Below, one piece after another: positions 25,601 to 38,900 of a stretch of 64,000 nucleotides of DNA; position 1 is the first letter of the stretch; each line of letters starts with the position of its first letter. Made by a program: the position numbers and the translations under genes. Where the stretch lies: contig NC_086097.1 in the NCBI RefSeq assembly GCF_963921235.1, forward strand, positions 74,588,001 to 74,652,000. The letters run 5' to 3'. Source of the stretch: Mobula hypostoma (lineage: Eukaryota). The notes under the pieces were generated by a model. It was not told the DNA's origin and ran no database searches. It saw only the letters and a program-made list of their open reading frames with translations.

Positions 25601-26950
25601 ACTCTGGCTGACAGAAGCAACGGGCCTCAACCCGGTGCCCTGATCCTGATACAGGACGCCCCCAAGCCCTCTCAGCTGGCATCTGTGTGCAGTATATACG
25701 GCAATTGGGGGTCCACAAGAGCCAGCACCGACAACTCTGTCAGCGATTGAAAGGCCTCCTCACATTTTTCATCCCACCTTGGTCCAAAGGGCCGAATATT
25801 TCTAGTGGCTTATTCTAGGGGAAGACAGCCTTGGCCTGGCCAACCTTAAGAAATCTTGTTTGGGTGGATGCTGCACGATGTGTCCCCCAATCAGTACCCC
25901 AAAATAACAAACATTACACAATATGCGATTAAACAATTTAGCTTTATAATTCTTAATTTGACTATATGGTTAGTAAAGAAACAATAAAAAAAGAAAAGGG
26001 ACCATTCTCATGAAACAGCCTAACGTGCAACTTTGGAGCTCACGGTTTAGTCCACTGGTTTCCTGTTGACTTCCTCCGAGCATAGCCGACCCTCAGACCC
26101 TTGCTCCAAGTCCACTCTGGAGTTGGCGGTCTACCAACTCTCTCCATTCGCGTCTTGTCTCATCTCTCCCCGGCAAAAGAACGTGAAATCCCTGCTCTCA
26201 GACACACAAGAAAGAAAAATGTCCCTCTCATTGGATCGCTCCACATTCCAAAGCCCAGTTATCTCTAGTCATAACCCAAATTTTGCTGTGACAGATAAAC
26301 CATTACATCAGCAGTGAAACCTTACAGCGCATTACACTAACTAACAATCTATTCTCTAATTTATCTGGACTATCTCTGACACTTCTTTTTCTGTAAAGAC
26401 AGACTAGCCACTGACATCTTCTGCAAACCCACTGACTCCCACAGCTAATCTCATCCTGCCTCCTGAAAGGATACCAATATTTTTTTCCCAATTCTTTTTC
26501 TCAGTTCTGCATCTGTTCTTAAGATTTTGACTTCTGAAATGTCCTGCTTCCTCTTTATACATGGCTTCTCTGCCACAAATGACGGAACCCTCGCATGCGT
26601 TTCCTTCATTCCTCACACATCAGTTCTCATCTCACCCCACTTCCCTGGACAGAACTGTGACAGACTTTCCTTGCTTCTACTCTCACCACACCAGCCTCTG
26701 CATCCAACATATCATTCTTTGCTATATCTGTCAGCTACAATATGATCATACCAGTCTGTAACTTCTCTCTCGCCCGCTTTCTGGTGACTCCACTTTCTTC
26801 TAGTTGCATGTCATTTTACTCTCCAACATGAACCTGCTGTCCTCAAACTTTGTCCATTGCTGTGGTGATTATTACAATATCTCATATTCTGCACCGATAA
26901 CTTCCAACTCAGTGGTGTGAACATTGAATTTTCCAATTTGACATTTTAAG
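22695..26950 (+). mobile_element. Degenerate Penelope-like element RT region (22695-22791 and 26337-26950), split by a Gypsy insertion
   Basis: EFFLYYINNCISSA (a decayed LFLRYIDDCIGA-type motif) precedes the insertion. After it come DRLATDIFCKPTDSHS and HHTSLCIQHIILCYICQLQYD, typical of the PLE RT C-terminal region. Confidence 0.7.
22792..26336 (-). mobile_element. Internally deleted Ty3/Gypsy LTR retrotransposon
   Basis: LTRs 22792-23330 and ~25802-26336. Perfect 4-bp TSD CTAA (22788-22791, 26337-26340). Polypurine tract on the minus strand (ctcttccccc, 23331-23340). RNase H-like NYPTHKLKFLALKWAV...VRTDNNPLTY and integrase [25 protein letters not shown] remnants. Confidence 0.92.
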
Positions 26951-27099
26951 GAAAGGATACGAAAGTGAAGAGACTGACAGTGTCAGATGTGGGTTCACTG
27001 AAGTACGTTAGGAAAAGCAGCTGAACCAAATGATGCTCCAAAATGTTAATAGTTATCTCAGACAAATATACACAGTTTGAAGAAACTGGTTATGATGAG

Positions 27100-27460
27100 G
27101 TGTAGGCCCTCTGTTGATCGGGGTCTACCATGGATGTTGGTTATTCGCTGTCTCTGCAAGCCAGTAAAGTACAATATGAAGAGCCCAGACAGCAGGCTTC
27201 TCTCCACACAGCTGATGAATCCAAAGGAACAGTAGAGACTGATGCAGTTGACACCCATGGCATCGCAGGAATTGCCAGTCATCATTGAACTCAATGTAGA
27301 GCTGCCTTAGGGACTCCAGCTCTGGATTTTTTCCTCAGGTTTATTCTCGAAACTTTCCCAATGAATGGATACAGCCACAAGGCAGCAGAGGTTTGAGATC
27401 AGAATTTCCTTCTCCAGATGGGCTGCCAACTATGGCTGACAAGCCCCATCTGCCTGATGA
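27100..27460 (-). mobile_element. RTE-related non-autonomous retroposon fragment
   Basis: Homologous to 50560-51050 and, as reverse complement, to the 3' half of the SINE at 14588-14903. RTE assignment is from recalled family sequence and is tentative. Confidence 0.6.
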
Positions 27461-27504
27461 GGAGACCTGCCTAGATATGCATGGGAACAATGGGAATACG
27501 TATA

Positions 27505-28100
27505 TTAGAACATAAAAAATAGAAGCCGAAATAAATCATTTGATCCCTTTTGCCTGCTGTACCATTCAATAAAATTGGAGCTAAATTACTTACGTCATTT
27601 TTTCCACTTACCCCCTAGCTCTTGATTCTATTAATATTCAAAATTCTAATAATCTGTTATGAATATCCTCATCCCTCTTGAGAGATTTGTAATTCTTTGG
27701 GTGAAGAAGTTTGTTCTCATTTCTATCCTGAATGGCTGATACTTTATTTTGAGACTGGCACCTGGTTTTAGACAATCTAGGCAGGGTAAGCATCATCCCT
27801 GTTTATGTTGAGCCTTGTGCAAATGTTGTATGTTATAATGAGATCACCTCTTGTTTTCTGAACTCAAGAGTGTAGGCTAAGTCTGTTTAATCTCTTAGGC
27901 TCTCAGGAACATAGGAATAAGCATAAATAAAGCATTTGGGCCCAGGGCCTATTCCTTGTGAGGCAAACTATTCACCCCCTCACCTGTCCCTCTCCATCCT
28001 AAAAATAAATATAGTGAACTTCTGTTGCCCTCCCTCTGTCACCTGCATATCCTTCCTAAGGCAGGGACCAAAACTGCACACAATATATCTGGTGTATGTT
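27505..28100 (-). mobile_element. Old CR1 3' fragment
   Basis: tagaacataaaa..., tgggtgaagaagtttgttctcatttc, gagatcacctct and gaccaaaactgcacacaata are antisense CR1 3' motifs. Confidence 0.6.
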
Positions 28101-28474
28101 CAGTAAGAAATTTTTGCTCTTGTAAAGCAAGTCACACAGATGGGCAACAAAAACAGTAAACCTATCACTAAATAGATGGAAGAAGTCGAAAGGTGGAAAG
28201 AATCTATCAAACACTTAAAAAAAAACTTTGAGCCAATGAATGGAAAGCAAATAAGATAGCAGTGGGGAAAAAGGTAACAATGTAAAAAGGAGGAAGACAA
28301 AATAGAACAAATGAGAGATGTCAAATAGAATGAAGAGACCATGCCGGATAAAAATAGGTCACTTCTCTGTTTGTAGAATTTGGCCAGTGAAAATAGCCCA
28401 GTTATGCCACATAATAAAATACATTGCTGTAGAAGTGACAAGATATATATGGAAATTAAATCAGTCACTATTTA

Positions 28475-28584
28475 CTTAGCAGAATCAGGTTTAATATCAC
28501 TAGCATATGTTGGAAAATCGTTTTGCTTCACTCAGCAGTACGTTAAAAAAACTAAATTACTGTGTGTTTGTGTGTGTGTGTGTG

Positions 28585-28620
<36 letters not shown>

Positions 28621-29110
28621 AAGTGGTACAAAAAGAGAGGAAGAATAGTGGTGTTCATGGGTTCACTGTCCATGCAGAGGGGAAGAAGCTGTTCCTGAAA
28701 CATTGAGTGTGTGTCTTCAGACTCCTGTACCACCTTGATGGTGGCAGTGAGAGGAGGGCATGTCCTGGGCATTAGGGTCTTTAATGATGGATGCTGCCTT
28801 TTCCAAACATTGTGTTTTGAAGGTGTTCTCGATGCTGGGGAGGCTAGTGCCTATGATGGAGCTGGCTGAGTTTACAACTTTCTGCAGCTTTTTCTGATCT
28901 TGTGCCATGGCCCCTCCATACCAGACAGTGATGCAACCAGTAAGAATGCTCTCCACAGTACATTTGTCGAAATCTGTGAGTGTCATTGGTGACATACTAA
29001 GTCTCCTCAAACTCCTAATGAATTATAACCGTTGTTGTGCCTTCTTTCTAATTCATCAATATGCTGGGCCTAGGTTAGATCTTCAGAGATGCTGACATAC
29101 CAACATCTTC
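28475..29110 (-). mobile_element. Rex/Babar-like LINE 3' fragment
   Basis: ORF 28717-29010 (KCTVESILTGCITVWYGG...LQKVVNSASSIIGTSLPSIE) is homologous to the plus-strand copy at 29600-31025. Confidence 0.8.
28561..28616. repeat. (TG)n-TA-(CA)n compound microsatellite
   Basis: Read directly from the sequence. Confidence 0.95.
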
Positions 29111-29594
29111 AGAGATGTTGATTGTGGAGTTCAGCTCCTCAAGTGCCTGCCTGCCTGACGTTGGTCTGTGGTGGAATGTGCACTGCTACCAAGATGATGG
29201 CGGAAAACTCTCCAGGTGAAAAAAAGGACGATGTTTAACTGCTAGGTGTTCCAGATTGGGTGCGCAGGGTTGAGACCAAATCGTCAAGTCTATGAACCAT
29301 GTTCATCATAAACATACTCCAACTCCTCTGACTTTAAAAGAGTGAGCAGTCGTGTCTTTGCAGAGAATGGTGAAGTCATCGAGTTGCAGTGCTGTGTCCG
29401 AAGTGGTGAGGGATAGCCATATTTCTGTGAAGCAAAATGGACAGCAGCACAGAATTCATTGTGAAAAGCTGTTTCTCCCCCCTCCTGCCATCAATTTAAA
29501 GTACGAGTTGGAAGAATGCTACATCTGCTTCACATTAGACATACACAATTAAAACTGAGTGGATAAACTGAACTAGAATTTCAAGTATTGTACA

Positions 29595-31025
29595 TCCAGT
29601 AGCATTTAAATCCACAGTGATGAAGTGTTTTGAGAGGTTGGTGATGAAACATATCAACTCCTCCCTGAGAAGTGACTTGGATCCACTCTACAATTTGCCT
29701 ACTGGCACAACAGGTCTACAGCGAATGCCATAACATTGGCTCTTCACTCAACCCTGGAACAGCTGGATAGTAAAGATGCATACATCAGTATAGTTGTTGT
29801 AGACTGTAGATCAGCATTCAATCCTATCATTCCCTCAAAACTAATCAGTAAGCTTCAAGATCTTGGCCTCATTTTCTCCTTGTGCAGTTGGGTCCTCGAC
29901 TTCTTCACTTGCAGACCCCAGTCAATTTGGATTGGCAACAACATCTCCTCCACAATCTCCCATCAGTACAGATGCAGCTCAAGATTATGTGCTGAACCCG
30001 CTGCTCTATTCGCTTTACATTGATGACTGTGTGGCTCAGCATAGCGCCAATGCCATATTTAAGTTTGCTGATGGCACCACAGTTGTAGGCTGAATCAAAG
30101 GTAGTTACAAATCAGCATATGGGAGGAAGATTGAAAATCTGGCTGAGTGGTGCCACAACAACCACCCTCTTACTCAATATCAGCAATGATCAGCTGCCTG
30201 GTCTTGACTTCAGAAAGAGGAAACCAGAGGTCCATGAGCTGGTCTTCATTGGGAGACTAGAGATGGAAAGGGACAGCAACTTTAAATTCCTTGGTGTTAT
30301 TATTTTGACGGACTTGTCCTGAGCCCAGCACAAAAGTGCAATTACGAGGAAAGCATGGCAGCACTTCTGACTCTCTTAGAAGTTTGTGAAGATTTGGCAT
30401 GACGTCTAAAACTTTGACAACCTTCTATAGATGTGTGGTGGAGAGTATATTGACTGGCTACATCACAGCCTGCTATGGAAACACCAATACCCTTAAATGG
30501 AAAACCTACAAAAAATAGTGGATAGAGCCCCGTCCATCTTGGATGAAGCCCTCCCAACTATTGAGCACGTCTACACGAAGCGTTGTCCCAGGAAAGCAGC
30601 ATCCATGATTAGTGACCCCCATCACCCAGGACATGCGCTCTTCTAGCTGCATCAGGACTTGCAGCACCAGGTTCAGGAACAGTTAGTACCCCTCAGCCAT
30701 CAGGCTCTTCAACCAGAGAGGATAATTTCACTCAACCTCACTCGCTCCATCACTGAACTGTTCCCACAAACTTTCAAGGACTCTTCATCTTGTGTTCTTG
30801 ATATTTATTGCTTATTTATTATTATATTATTATTTATTCATTTTCTTTCTTGTTGTATTTGCAGTTTGTTGTCTTTTGCACGTTGGTTGTCTGCCCTGTT
30901 GATTTGGTCTTTCATTGATTCTTTTATGGTTGTTGGATTCATTGAGTATGCCTGCAATTAAATGAATCTCAGGCTTCTATATGGTGACATATATGTATTT
31001 TGATAATGAAATTGCTTTGAACTTT
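29595..31025 (+). mobile_element. Rex/Babar-like LINE, RT and 3' end, degenerate
   Basis: STVMKCFERLVMKHINS...DPL, ALHSTLEQLD...SAFNPIIPSKLISKL, KFADGTTVVG, CVVESILTGYITACYG; tail tttgaacttt. Confidence 0.85.
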
Positions 31026-31093
31026 ATATTACAAAATTGTGAAGAGCTTCAATAACCAATCTGGACTCGTGCACTAACATTTATACAGTCATT

Positions 31094-31231
31094 CCATCCT
31101 GAAGAAGGGTCTCGGCCTGAAACGTCGACTGCACCTCTTCCTACAGATGCTGCTTGGCCTGCTGCGTTCACCAGCAACTTTGATGTATGTTGCTTGAATT
31201 TCCAGCATCTGCAGAATTCCTGTTGTTTGCG
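31094..31231 (+). mobile_element. Short Penelope-like pseudo-LTR insertion with hammerhead motif
   Basis: TSD tttatacagtcatt (31080-31093) / tttatacattcatt (31232-31245). Core CTGAAGA-A-GGGtctcggCCT-GAAA-CGTC-gactg starts at 31099. Confidence 0.85.
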
Positions 31232-32162
31232 TTTATACATTCATTGTTTGCTTTTAAAACCAGAGAGCTAGAGTTGTATTTGTTCTGTTTAGTACTTTTT
31301 CAGTGTGAAGAAGACTAGCCAAAAATAAAACTTAAAATCTTTTTTTCAGATTTATATACTTTTATACCAAAGTTATGTGTGTCTGGATTGTAGTTGGACA
31401 ACACAATAGGAGGTCTCAGGTTCAGATTCACTTACTATCACGTGTACAATAAAACACGCAACAAAATGTTTCGTTTATGTTAACAACCAACGCAACCTAA
31501 GGATATGCTGAGAGCAGCCCACAAGTGTCAACACACGTTCTGGTGCCAACATAGCAAGCCCACAATGTTCAGCAAATCAACAGCAACAGAATAAGTCCCT
31601 TGACTCCACCAGCAGATTCACACAGACAGGCCTCCAACCCCAGGAAAGGCCGCCACCAGGCCTTGCACCTCCAGTCTCTCGCCTCCAGTCTCACAGATGT
31701 TGAGCCGGTTACTTCCAGACCCACCAGTTTGGGTCAATTCACCAACCTGGCTGAGGGAGAGGGGTCATCCCGGTTCATACTGGAAAACTCACAGATGTCA
31801 GGCTTCTTGACTTAAAGAAGACATACCGACCCAGGTGCTTTGAACATAGGGCCTCAACTTCTGGACTCACCAACTTAGGTCTTTGACCTTTGGCATTGAG
31901 CTGGGGACTTGCTGATCACATGACTTAGAAATCCAGGCGTCGAACTCTGGACTTGTGTGGACCTCCAACTCTGGGACTCAGCAACCTGAGGAGTCACCAG
32001 TCTTCATCCAATGGGCCCGCTGACCTGGCATCTGTCCATGGAATCACTGGCCTTCTACCACGGAGCACTCCGACCTGTACTCTAGCTCATGCCCTTGTCT
32101 TTTCATTTACTGACCCTGATCCTTTAACCTCTAATTCCCTTCATCCATGTCCCTAAAACCTA

Positions 32163-32265
32163 GGTTTGAGTCAGTCCTGACGAAGGGTTCTGGCCCGAAA
32201 CGTTAAGTGATCATTTCCACGGATGCTGCCCGACCTGGTGAGTTCCTCCAGCGTGTTGTGAGTGT
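32163..32265 (+). mobile_element. Short Penelope-like pseudo-LTR insertion with hammerhead motif
   Basis: Perfect 13-bp TSD tccctaaaaccta (32150-32162, 32266-32278). Sequence tcagtc-CTGACGA-A-GGGttctggCCC-GAAA-CGTT-aagtga at 32171-32210. Confidence 0.88.
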
Positions 32266-33221
32266 TCCCTAAAACCTAACTCAAACCTAAAAAAAACTAC
32301 TGTTTGCGCCACAGACTAGACGGACAATGCAGCTCAGCACTATCTTGATGGTTCCTGTACTGGTGTTTCGAAAAGGCTTTCCATCAGTTGTAGAGATGTA
32401 CAGCACAGAAACGGGTCCTTGGGCTCTTGTGTCCACTCCCAATCTTTTACCTTCCCCCCCCTTTGTGCCAAGATTCAGTGAAAAGTGTGTTTTGCACACT
32501 GTTTATGCAGATTATATCATTGCACAGCACATTGAGCTAGAAGAAAGTAAAACAATAACAATGCTAAATAATGTGTAAAAGCTACCAAAAAAGTGCAGTG
32601 CAGGTAAACGAAAAGTGCAAGATCATTATAAAGTAGATTGTGAGGCAAACAGTTCATCTGATCATGCAAGAAGTCCATTCAAGAGTCTGATAATGGTGGT
32701 ATAGAAGCTGTCCCTGAGCCTGGTGGTACATGCTTTCAGACTTTAGTATCTACCCGATGGGAGAAGAGAGTATGTCTGGGGTGGGTGGGGTCTTTGATTA
32801 TGCTGGCTGTTTTACTGAGGCAATGAGAAATATAGACAGAGTCCATAAAGGGGAGGTTGATCCTCATGGCAGTTAACTCCTCCTTCTTAATACTGACTTT
32901 TACCTCTCCATGAAATCACTGTCTTCCATATTCACCTTGGTCAATACTGATGGTAAGGTCATTTAGGACCTTCCCATATAGTCTAATTTTACTCATAGAT
33001 TACCTGTTTGGTATTCAAGGGAACCACTCTTTCCCTGGGTAACCTCTTTCTCCTGATATACCTACAGAATTTATTGGGATTCTCCTTACTGTAGGTTATC
33101 AAGGATATTTCATGGCTCATTTTTGCTGCCTTTTTTATGTTCTCCCCTGTAAGCAGATTCTTCAAAAGACTTTCTGGGATCCATTTTCCTTTTCTTGTCA
33201 TATGTTTCCCATTTCATGATC

Positions 33222-33990
33222 ATATCTGAAGAAGATGGTGCCAGCAAACAATGCTACCGCGGGCAGCATTGTCTAGATAGTCCATGAAACTTTTCCTTTC
33301 ACTTCTTTTACTTGTTTTTCTTTTAAATGTGGTTCTGGTATTGTTGGAGCCTGTGATCGTGTTTTTGAGCTGACTGAGCAAACTGGTGTTTTGCTGTCTC
33401 TGAGAAGGTTCCAGGATGCAAGCGGCCTCAAGGCCAAGAAGCGAGCCCATGATCGAATCCATTTCTTGCCAATCTCACTGATAAAAGCATCGCAGAAAAT
33501 TGAAAACATCAAGGCAGTTGTGCACGGTGAACAAGTGTTCAGTGCAGTCTACTAGCTTCTCGCTTGCTGCTGCCAGAGGAAGATGTCTGTGTGTGACGAT
33601 CTATCTCTTTCCCTCGATGCTGTCTGAGGATTTTACCAAAGTTCTGGGTCTGTCCTTTGGAGTTTGGTCTGTAGTTCCTGGTTGCTCTTTTTTCTGTTGC
33701 TATTTTGAGCGACTTTGAATCAGGGCAGCAAGCAGATAATGAACACTGAGCTGAACTGAATATAGATGCTTTCGATTTTGTGTTTTATTTTCTGCGTTTT
33801 TGCTTGTTCTCTCTTGTTGCCATTTGCGCGATTTGTGTTTTTTTTTGCGGATGGGGAGGGGGTGATGCTTTTTTTTCTTTGAAGAGGGTCCAAGCTTTTC
33901 ATTGTTTCCTGGCTGTCTGTGGAGGAGGCGAATTTCAGGGTTGTATACTGCATGCATACTTTGGTAATAATGCACTTTGAATCCTTTGGA
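33222..33990 (+). mobile_element. Probable non-autonomous retroposon with Rex/Babar-type tail, inserted in an antisense CR1 remnant
   Basis: Ends gtatactgcatgcatactttggtaataatgcactttgaatcctttg, resembling the tail at ~30975-31025. CR1-like antisense sequence flanks it at 32870-33220 and 33995-34110. Confidence 0.5.
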
Positions 33991-35924
33991 TTTTAAACAT
34001 CCTTTGTCATCCAAGGTTCCCTAATTGTGCCAGCTTTGCCTTTCACTCTTACCAGAATGCACTGGTAGTAAACTCTTACTAATTCACTTCTTAAAAAATC
34101 TCCCACAGAGAGTAATCCTGACATCATGACCCTTGGTGCTTTTTAACCTGCTGCCTAATTTTCTGAACTCACTTTGCAGGACATCATTCATCTTTCCAAC
34201 TGCAAAATTTTCCTTTTCAATATGCATCCTCACATTTAAAGCTGCTAATGTTTTTCATAATCCTTTCAAACAGAGTACTCAGGATAACAGCTGCATAATA
34301 TTTTGTGGGGAAAATCATTTTTCTGCTTCTGATCTTAAATCTGAGTCAAGTTATTATCAACCTTCATAGCAGTGAAAGCCAATTTTCCTAATTTACTAAT
34401 CAAATCACTTTTATTCTTAATACTTAATCCCTCTGCAACTTTCCCTAGGAACAATCTTACTTTCCTCACCATATATGTGAAGTTCTTCTTCATCCAAAAT
34501 CCTTATGAATTGTTGTGCACTGTCAACTTGAAATGATGCCCAATTGTCGATCTATTGCTTGGAAGGAAATGAAGCCTTTAAAGAGAGAGCAGTTGTGATT
34601 TCTCTGACACTGAGTCTGGTGCTGTGGCTGAGAAGAGCAGAGAGCTGAAGAGGAGTGCGTTGTTGATAAACTCTTTAGTCAGAGGAACAGAGATGAGGTT
34701 CTGCGGGCGTGATAAAGAACCCGGATGGTATGTTTGCTCCCTGGTGCCAGGATCGAGGATGTCTCAGATTGTGTACATGGCATTCTTAAGGGTGTGGGTG
34801 AGCAGCTGGAAGTCTTGGTACATATTGGCACTGATGACATAGGTAGACAAGGTAAGGGGGTGCTGAAGAGTGATTGTAGGGAGCTAGATAGAAAGCTGAG
34901 AAACAAGATCTCCAGGGCAGTAATCTCTGGATTACTGCCTGTGCCATGTACCATGAGAATTGGATGACTTGGCAGATGAATGCGTGGCTGGGCAACTGAT
35001 GCAGGGGGCAGGAGTTCAGATTTATGGATCGTTTGGATGTCTTCTGGGGAAGGTATTGCCAATGCAAAAGGGATGTGTTACACCTGAACCCAGAGGGGTC
35101 CAATATCCTTTCAAGCAGGTTGGCTGAGTTGCTCAGGTGGGATTAAGCTTATTTGGCAGGGGGCTGGGAACTGGAGTGATAGTGCTGAAGATGAAATAGT
35201 TGGTTTACAAACAGAGGCAATGTGTAGTAAGACTCCTAGCAAGAGAGGCTGATGGCTGGGCAAAATTGCAGCACCAGGATGAGTTGCAATGGAAAAGGTG
35301 GACAAAATCACAAAAGGTGAATACAGGCCTAAAGGTGTTGTATTTGAATGTGCGCAGTATTCGGAATAAGATTGATGAACTTGTAATAAGATTGGCATGT
35401 TCGATGTTGTAGGCATCAGTGAATCATGGCTGAAAAATGTAATAGCTGGGAGTTTAATGTCCAAGGATACGCATTGTATCAAAAGGATAGGCAGGAAAGC
35501 AGAGGGGGTGCCATGGCTCTGTTGGTAAAAATGAAATTAAATCTTTAGAAAGAGGTGACATAGGGTCAAAAAGTGTTGAATCATTGTGAATAGAGCTAAG
35601 GAACTGCAAGGGTAAAAAGACCCTGATGGGAGTTGTATACAAACCCCCAAACAGTAGTAAGAATGTGATTTACAAGATACAATAGGAAATAGTAAATGCA
35701 TGCCAAAAGGGTAATGTTACAGTAGTCACGGGGGATTTCAATATGCAGGTAGATCGGGAAAATCAAGTTGGTGCGGGATTTCAAGAGAGAGAATTTCTAG
35801 GATGCCTATGTGATGGCTTGTTAGAGCAGCTCGTGGTTGACACCACTTGGGGATCAGCTATTCTGGATTGACTATCGTGCAATGAAGAGGAATTGATTAG
35901 ACAGCTTAAGATAAAAGAATCCTA

Positions 35925-38900
35925 TCCTGAAAATTCGAAGACCTGATAGAACCGAAATGGTAGATCCTTGTGAAATTAATAAGGTATTTATGGATTTCTG
36001 CTCTAACCTTTCTAAACCTGAATTTTCAGACAATATTACTTTTATGAATAGATTTTTGCAAATATTGAATATACAGGTGTCCCCGGCTTTTCGAACGTTC
36101 GTTTTACGAAACCTCACTGTTACGAAAGACCTACATTAGTTCCCTGTTTTTGCTAACAGAAGGTGTTTTCACTGTTATGAAAAAAATCAGTGAGCAATAA
36201 AAAATTAGTGCGCGAAAAAATCAGCATGTGATAAAAGGCAGTGTGCGCTCCGAACAGCCGCTCTCCCCCGGATTTGGAACGGCGTTCTCGCCGGCATTGC
36301 TTAAACAAGTACCTGTGAGCAGCCGTTTGCAAGATGAGTTCTAAGGTATCGGCAAAGCCTAAAAGAGCTCGTAAGGGTGTTACACATAGCATAAAACTAG
36401 ACGTAATTAAGCGTTTCGATCGTGGTGAATGAATTAAGGACAACGTGAGTTTGGCTTGTGGAAGCTGACGAAGATAATGTTGAAGAGGTTTTGGCATCTC
36501 ATGACCAAGAACTGATAGATGAAGAGCTGATGCAATTGGAAGAGGAAAGGATAACAATCGAAACCGAATGCAGTAGCAAACTGAACGTGAAGCAACTGCG
36601 TGAGATTTTCGCTGCAATGATAAAGTACGACTTTAATTTTGAAAGGGTACGTATGTTTGGGGGATATTTGCAGGATGGTTTGAGTCCTTACAAAGAACTG
36701 TATGATAGAAAAATGCGCGAGGCTCAGCAGTCAAGCAAGCCTTCCACATCAGCCACAGCAGACGACGAACCTCGACCTTCGACATCGAGGCGGGCAGTCA
36801 TAGGAGAAGATGACCTGCCTGCCCTAATGGAAACAGATGACGACGAGATGACACCCCAGTGTCCCACCACCCCAACCCCCAGGCCGTGGACAGATACCGA
36901 TTCGCGGAGAATGCAGCGGTAGCCGGGAGGCCCACAGCACATCTTATAAGAAAAAAGCCGAAATAAACATGCTAATTAATTAGGTGCTGACCGAACATAA
37001 CTGTCGGCCCAGATCAGAGGCGATGCAATCTGCAATCCCCTCTGATCTGGGCCGACAGTTACGTGCCAGGCGGCACCTAATTAATTAGCATGTTTATTTT
37101 GGCTTTTTTCTTAAAGACGTGCTGTGTGCCTCCCGACTACTGCTGTACCGCTGCGTTCTTCGTGGATTGGTATCGGTTCACTGCCCGGAGGATGGGGACC
37201 ACTGCACCACCCAAACTCCAACAACTCAGTCCAACACACTATCATCAGTGTGCTCGGCAGGCTGTCTCCCGATTCCCATAAGTGATACTACACTGTACAT
37301 ACATTATTTCTACTTTATATAGGCTGTGTATTTTTACGTGTTATTTGGTATGATTTGGCAGCTTCATAGCTTAAAGGTTACTGGAGAGAGTGTTTTTGCC
37401 AACAGCGCTTGCGTGAGATTTTCTGCCGAGAGCGCTTGCGCCGTGTTTTTACCGACGGCGCTTGTGTCAGATTTTTGCTACAGACAACAGTGCAGGTAAT
37501 GATTGTGGAAAAGTATTTCTACTTTATATAGGCTCTGTATTTATAATATCATTCCTGCTCTTACTATATGTTACTGTTATTTTAGGTTTTATGTGTTATT
37601 TGGCATGATTTGGTTGGTTATTTTTGGGGTCTGCAAACGCTCACAAAATTTTCCCATATAAGTAAATGGTAATTGCTTCTTCGCTTTACGACATTCTGGC
37701 TTACAAACCGTTTCATAGGAATGCTCTACCTTCAGATGGCGGGGGAAACCTGTACCTAAAATTTCTATGCAAGATATGAACACATTAGACACGCCTTTTA
37801 AATAAGAGGAAATAGCAAGGGCTATATCCTCTTCCCAACCAGTTAAGGCTCCGGGACCGGTTGGATATACAGTGGGATTTTATAAGACTTTCACTGAAAT
37901 ACTTACACCTTATTTATGTCAAATTTTCACTGATTCTATATCCTCTGGCAATCTCCCGAAAACTTTTTATGAAGCATCAATCTCACTAATTCCTAAAAAA
38001 GAAAAAAGATGTATCTGAATGTGCTTCCTATAGGCCAATCTCTTAAGTGAATGTGGATTTTAAAATTCTTTCTAAGATTTTGGCGAATAGACTTGGAAGT
38101 ATCTTACCTAGTGTTATTTCCAATGATCAAACTGGATTTATTAAAAATAGGTATTCACATTTTAACATTTGAAGATTATTAAACATTATTCACTCCTCTC
38201 CATCTAAAGAATCTGAATGTGTTGTTTCTCTTGATGCGGAGAAAGCTTTTGATAGGGTGGAGTGGTTTTACTTTTTTGAGGTTCTGGAAAGATTTAATTT
38301 TGGTCTCCGATTTAGTTCCTGGATCAAATTAATCTATCAAGCAACTATGGCTGCGGTTATAACTAATAATCAAAAGTCTCCTTACTTTAGATTATACAGA
38401 GATATTCGGCAGGGATGTCCTCTTAGCCTTTTATTATTTAACTTGGCTTTAGAACCCCTTGCTATTGCTCTTAGCGATTCCAATACTGTTCAGGGTATTA
38501 AGAGAGGGGACAAAGTGTTTGTACACAAGGTTTCATTGTATGCAGATGACCTGTTAGTTTATATTTCAGATCCTAGGAAATCTATTCCTTCTATGCTATC
38601 TGCATTTCCTGAATTTAGTAGTTTTTCTGGATATAAATTAAATTTATATAAAAGTGAGTTATTTCCCATTAATAATTACTCGGATCAATATCAACAAATA
38701 GCTTTTAGTATTGCTAAAAATTACTTTACTTATCTTGGTATCAAAATTACTAAAAATTAAGGACCTGTATCAATATAATTTTTTCCATTAATTGATTACA
38801 CCCAACAAATGCTTTCTAAATGGTCACCTATGACGTTATCATTAATAGGTCAAATTAATGCCATTAAAATGATAGTTTTACCAAAATTCTTATATACATT

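Noticed and set aside
27208..27245. CTGATGA/CTGAAGA in the RTE-like elements (also 50693) as another hammerhead
   Set aside because: It is on the antisense strand of the element, has no GAAA after a stem II and no supporting stem I or III.
36458..36922. 154-aa acidic ORF as a domesticated TIGD gene
   Set aside because: It lies between intact terminal repeats with a TA duplication inside an L1; the DDE domain is deleted and the N-terminal frame is stopped.
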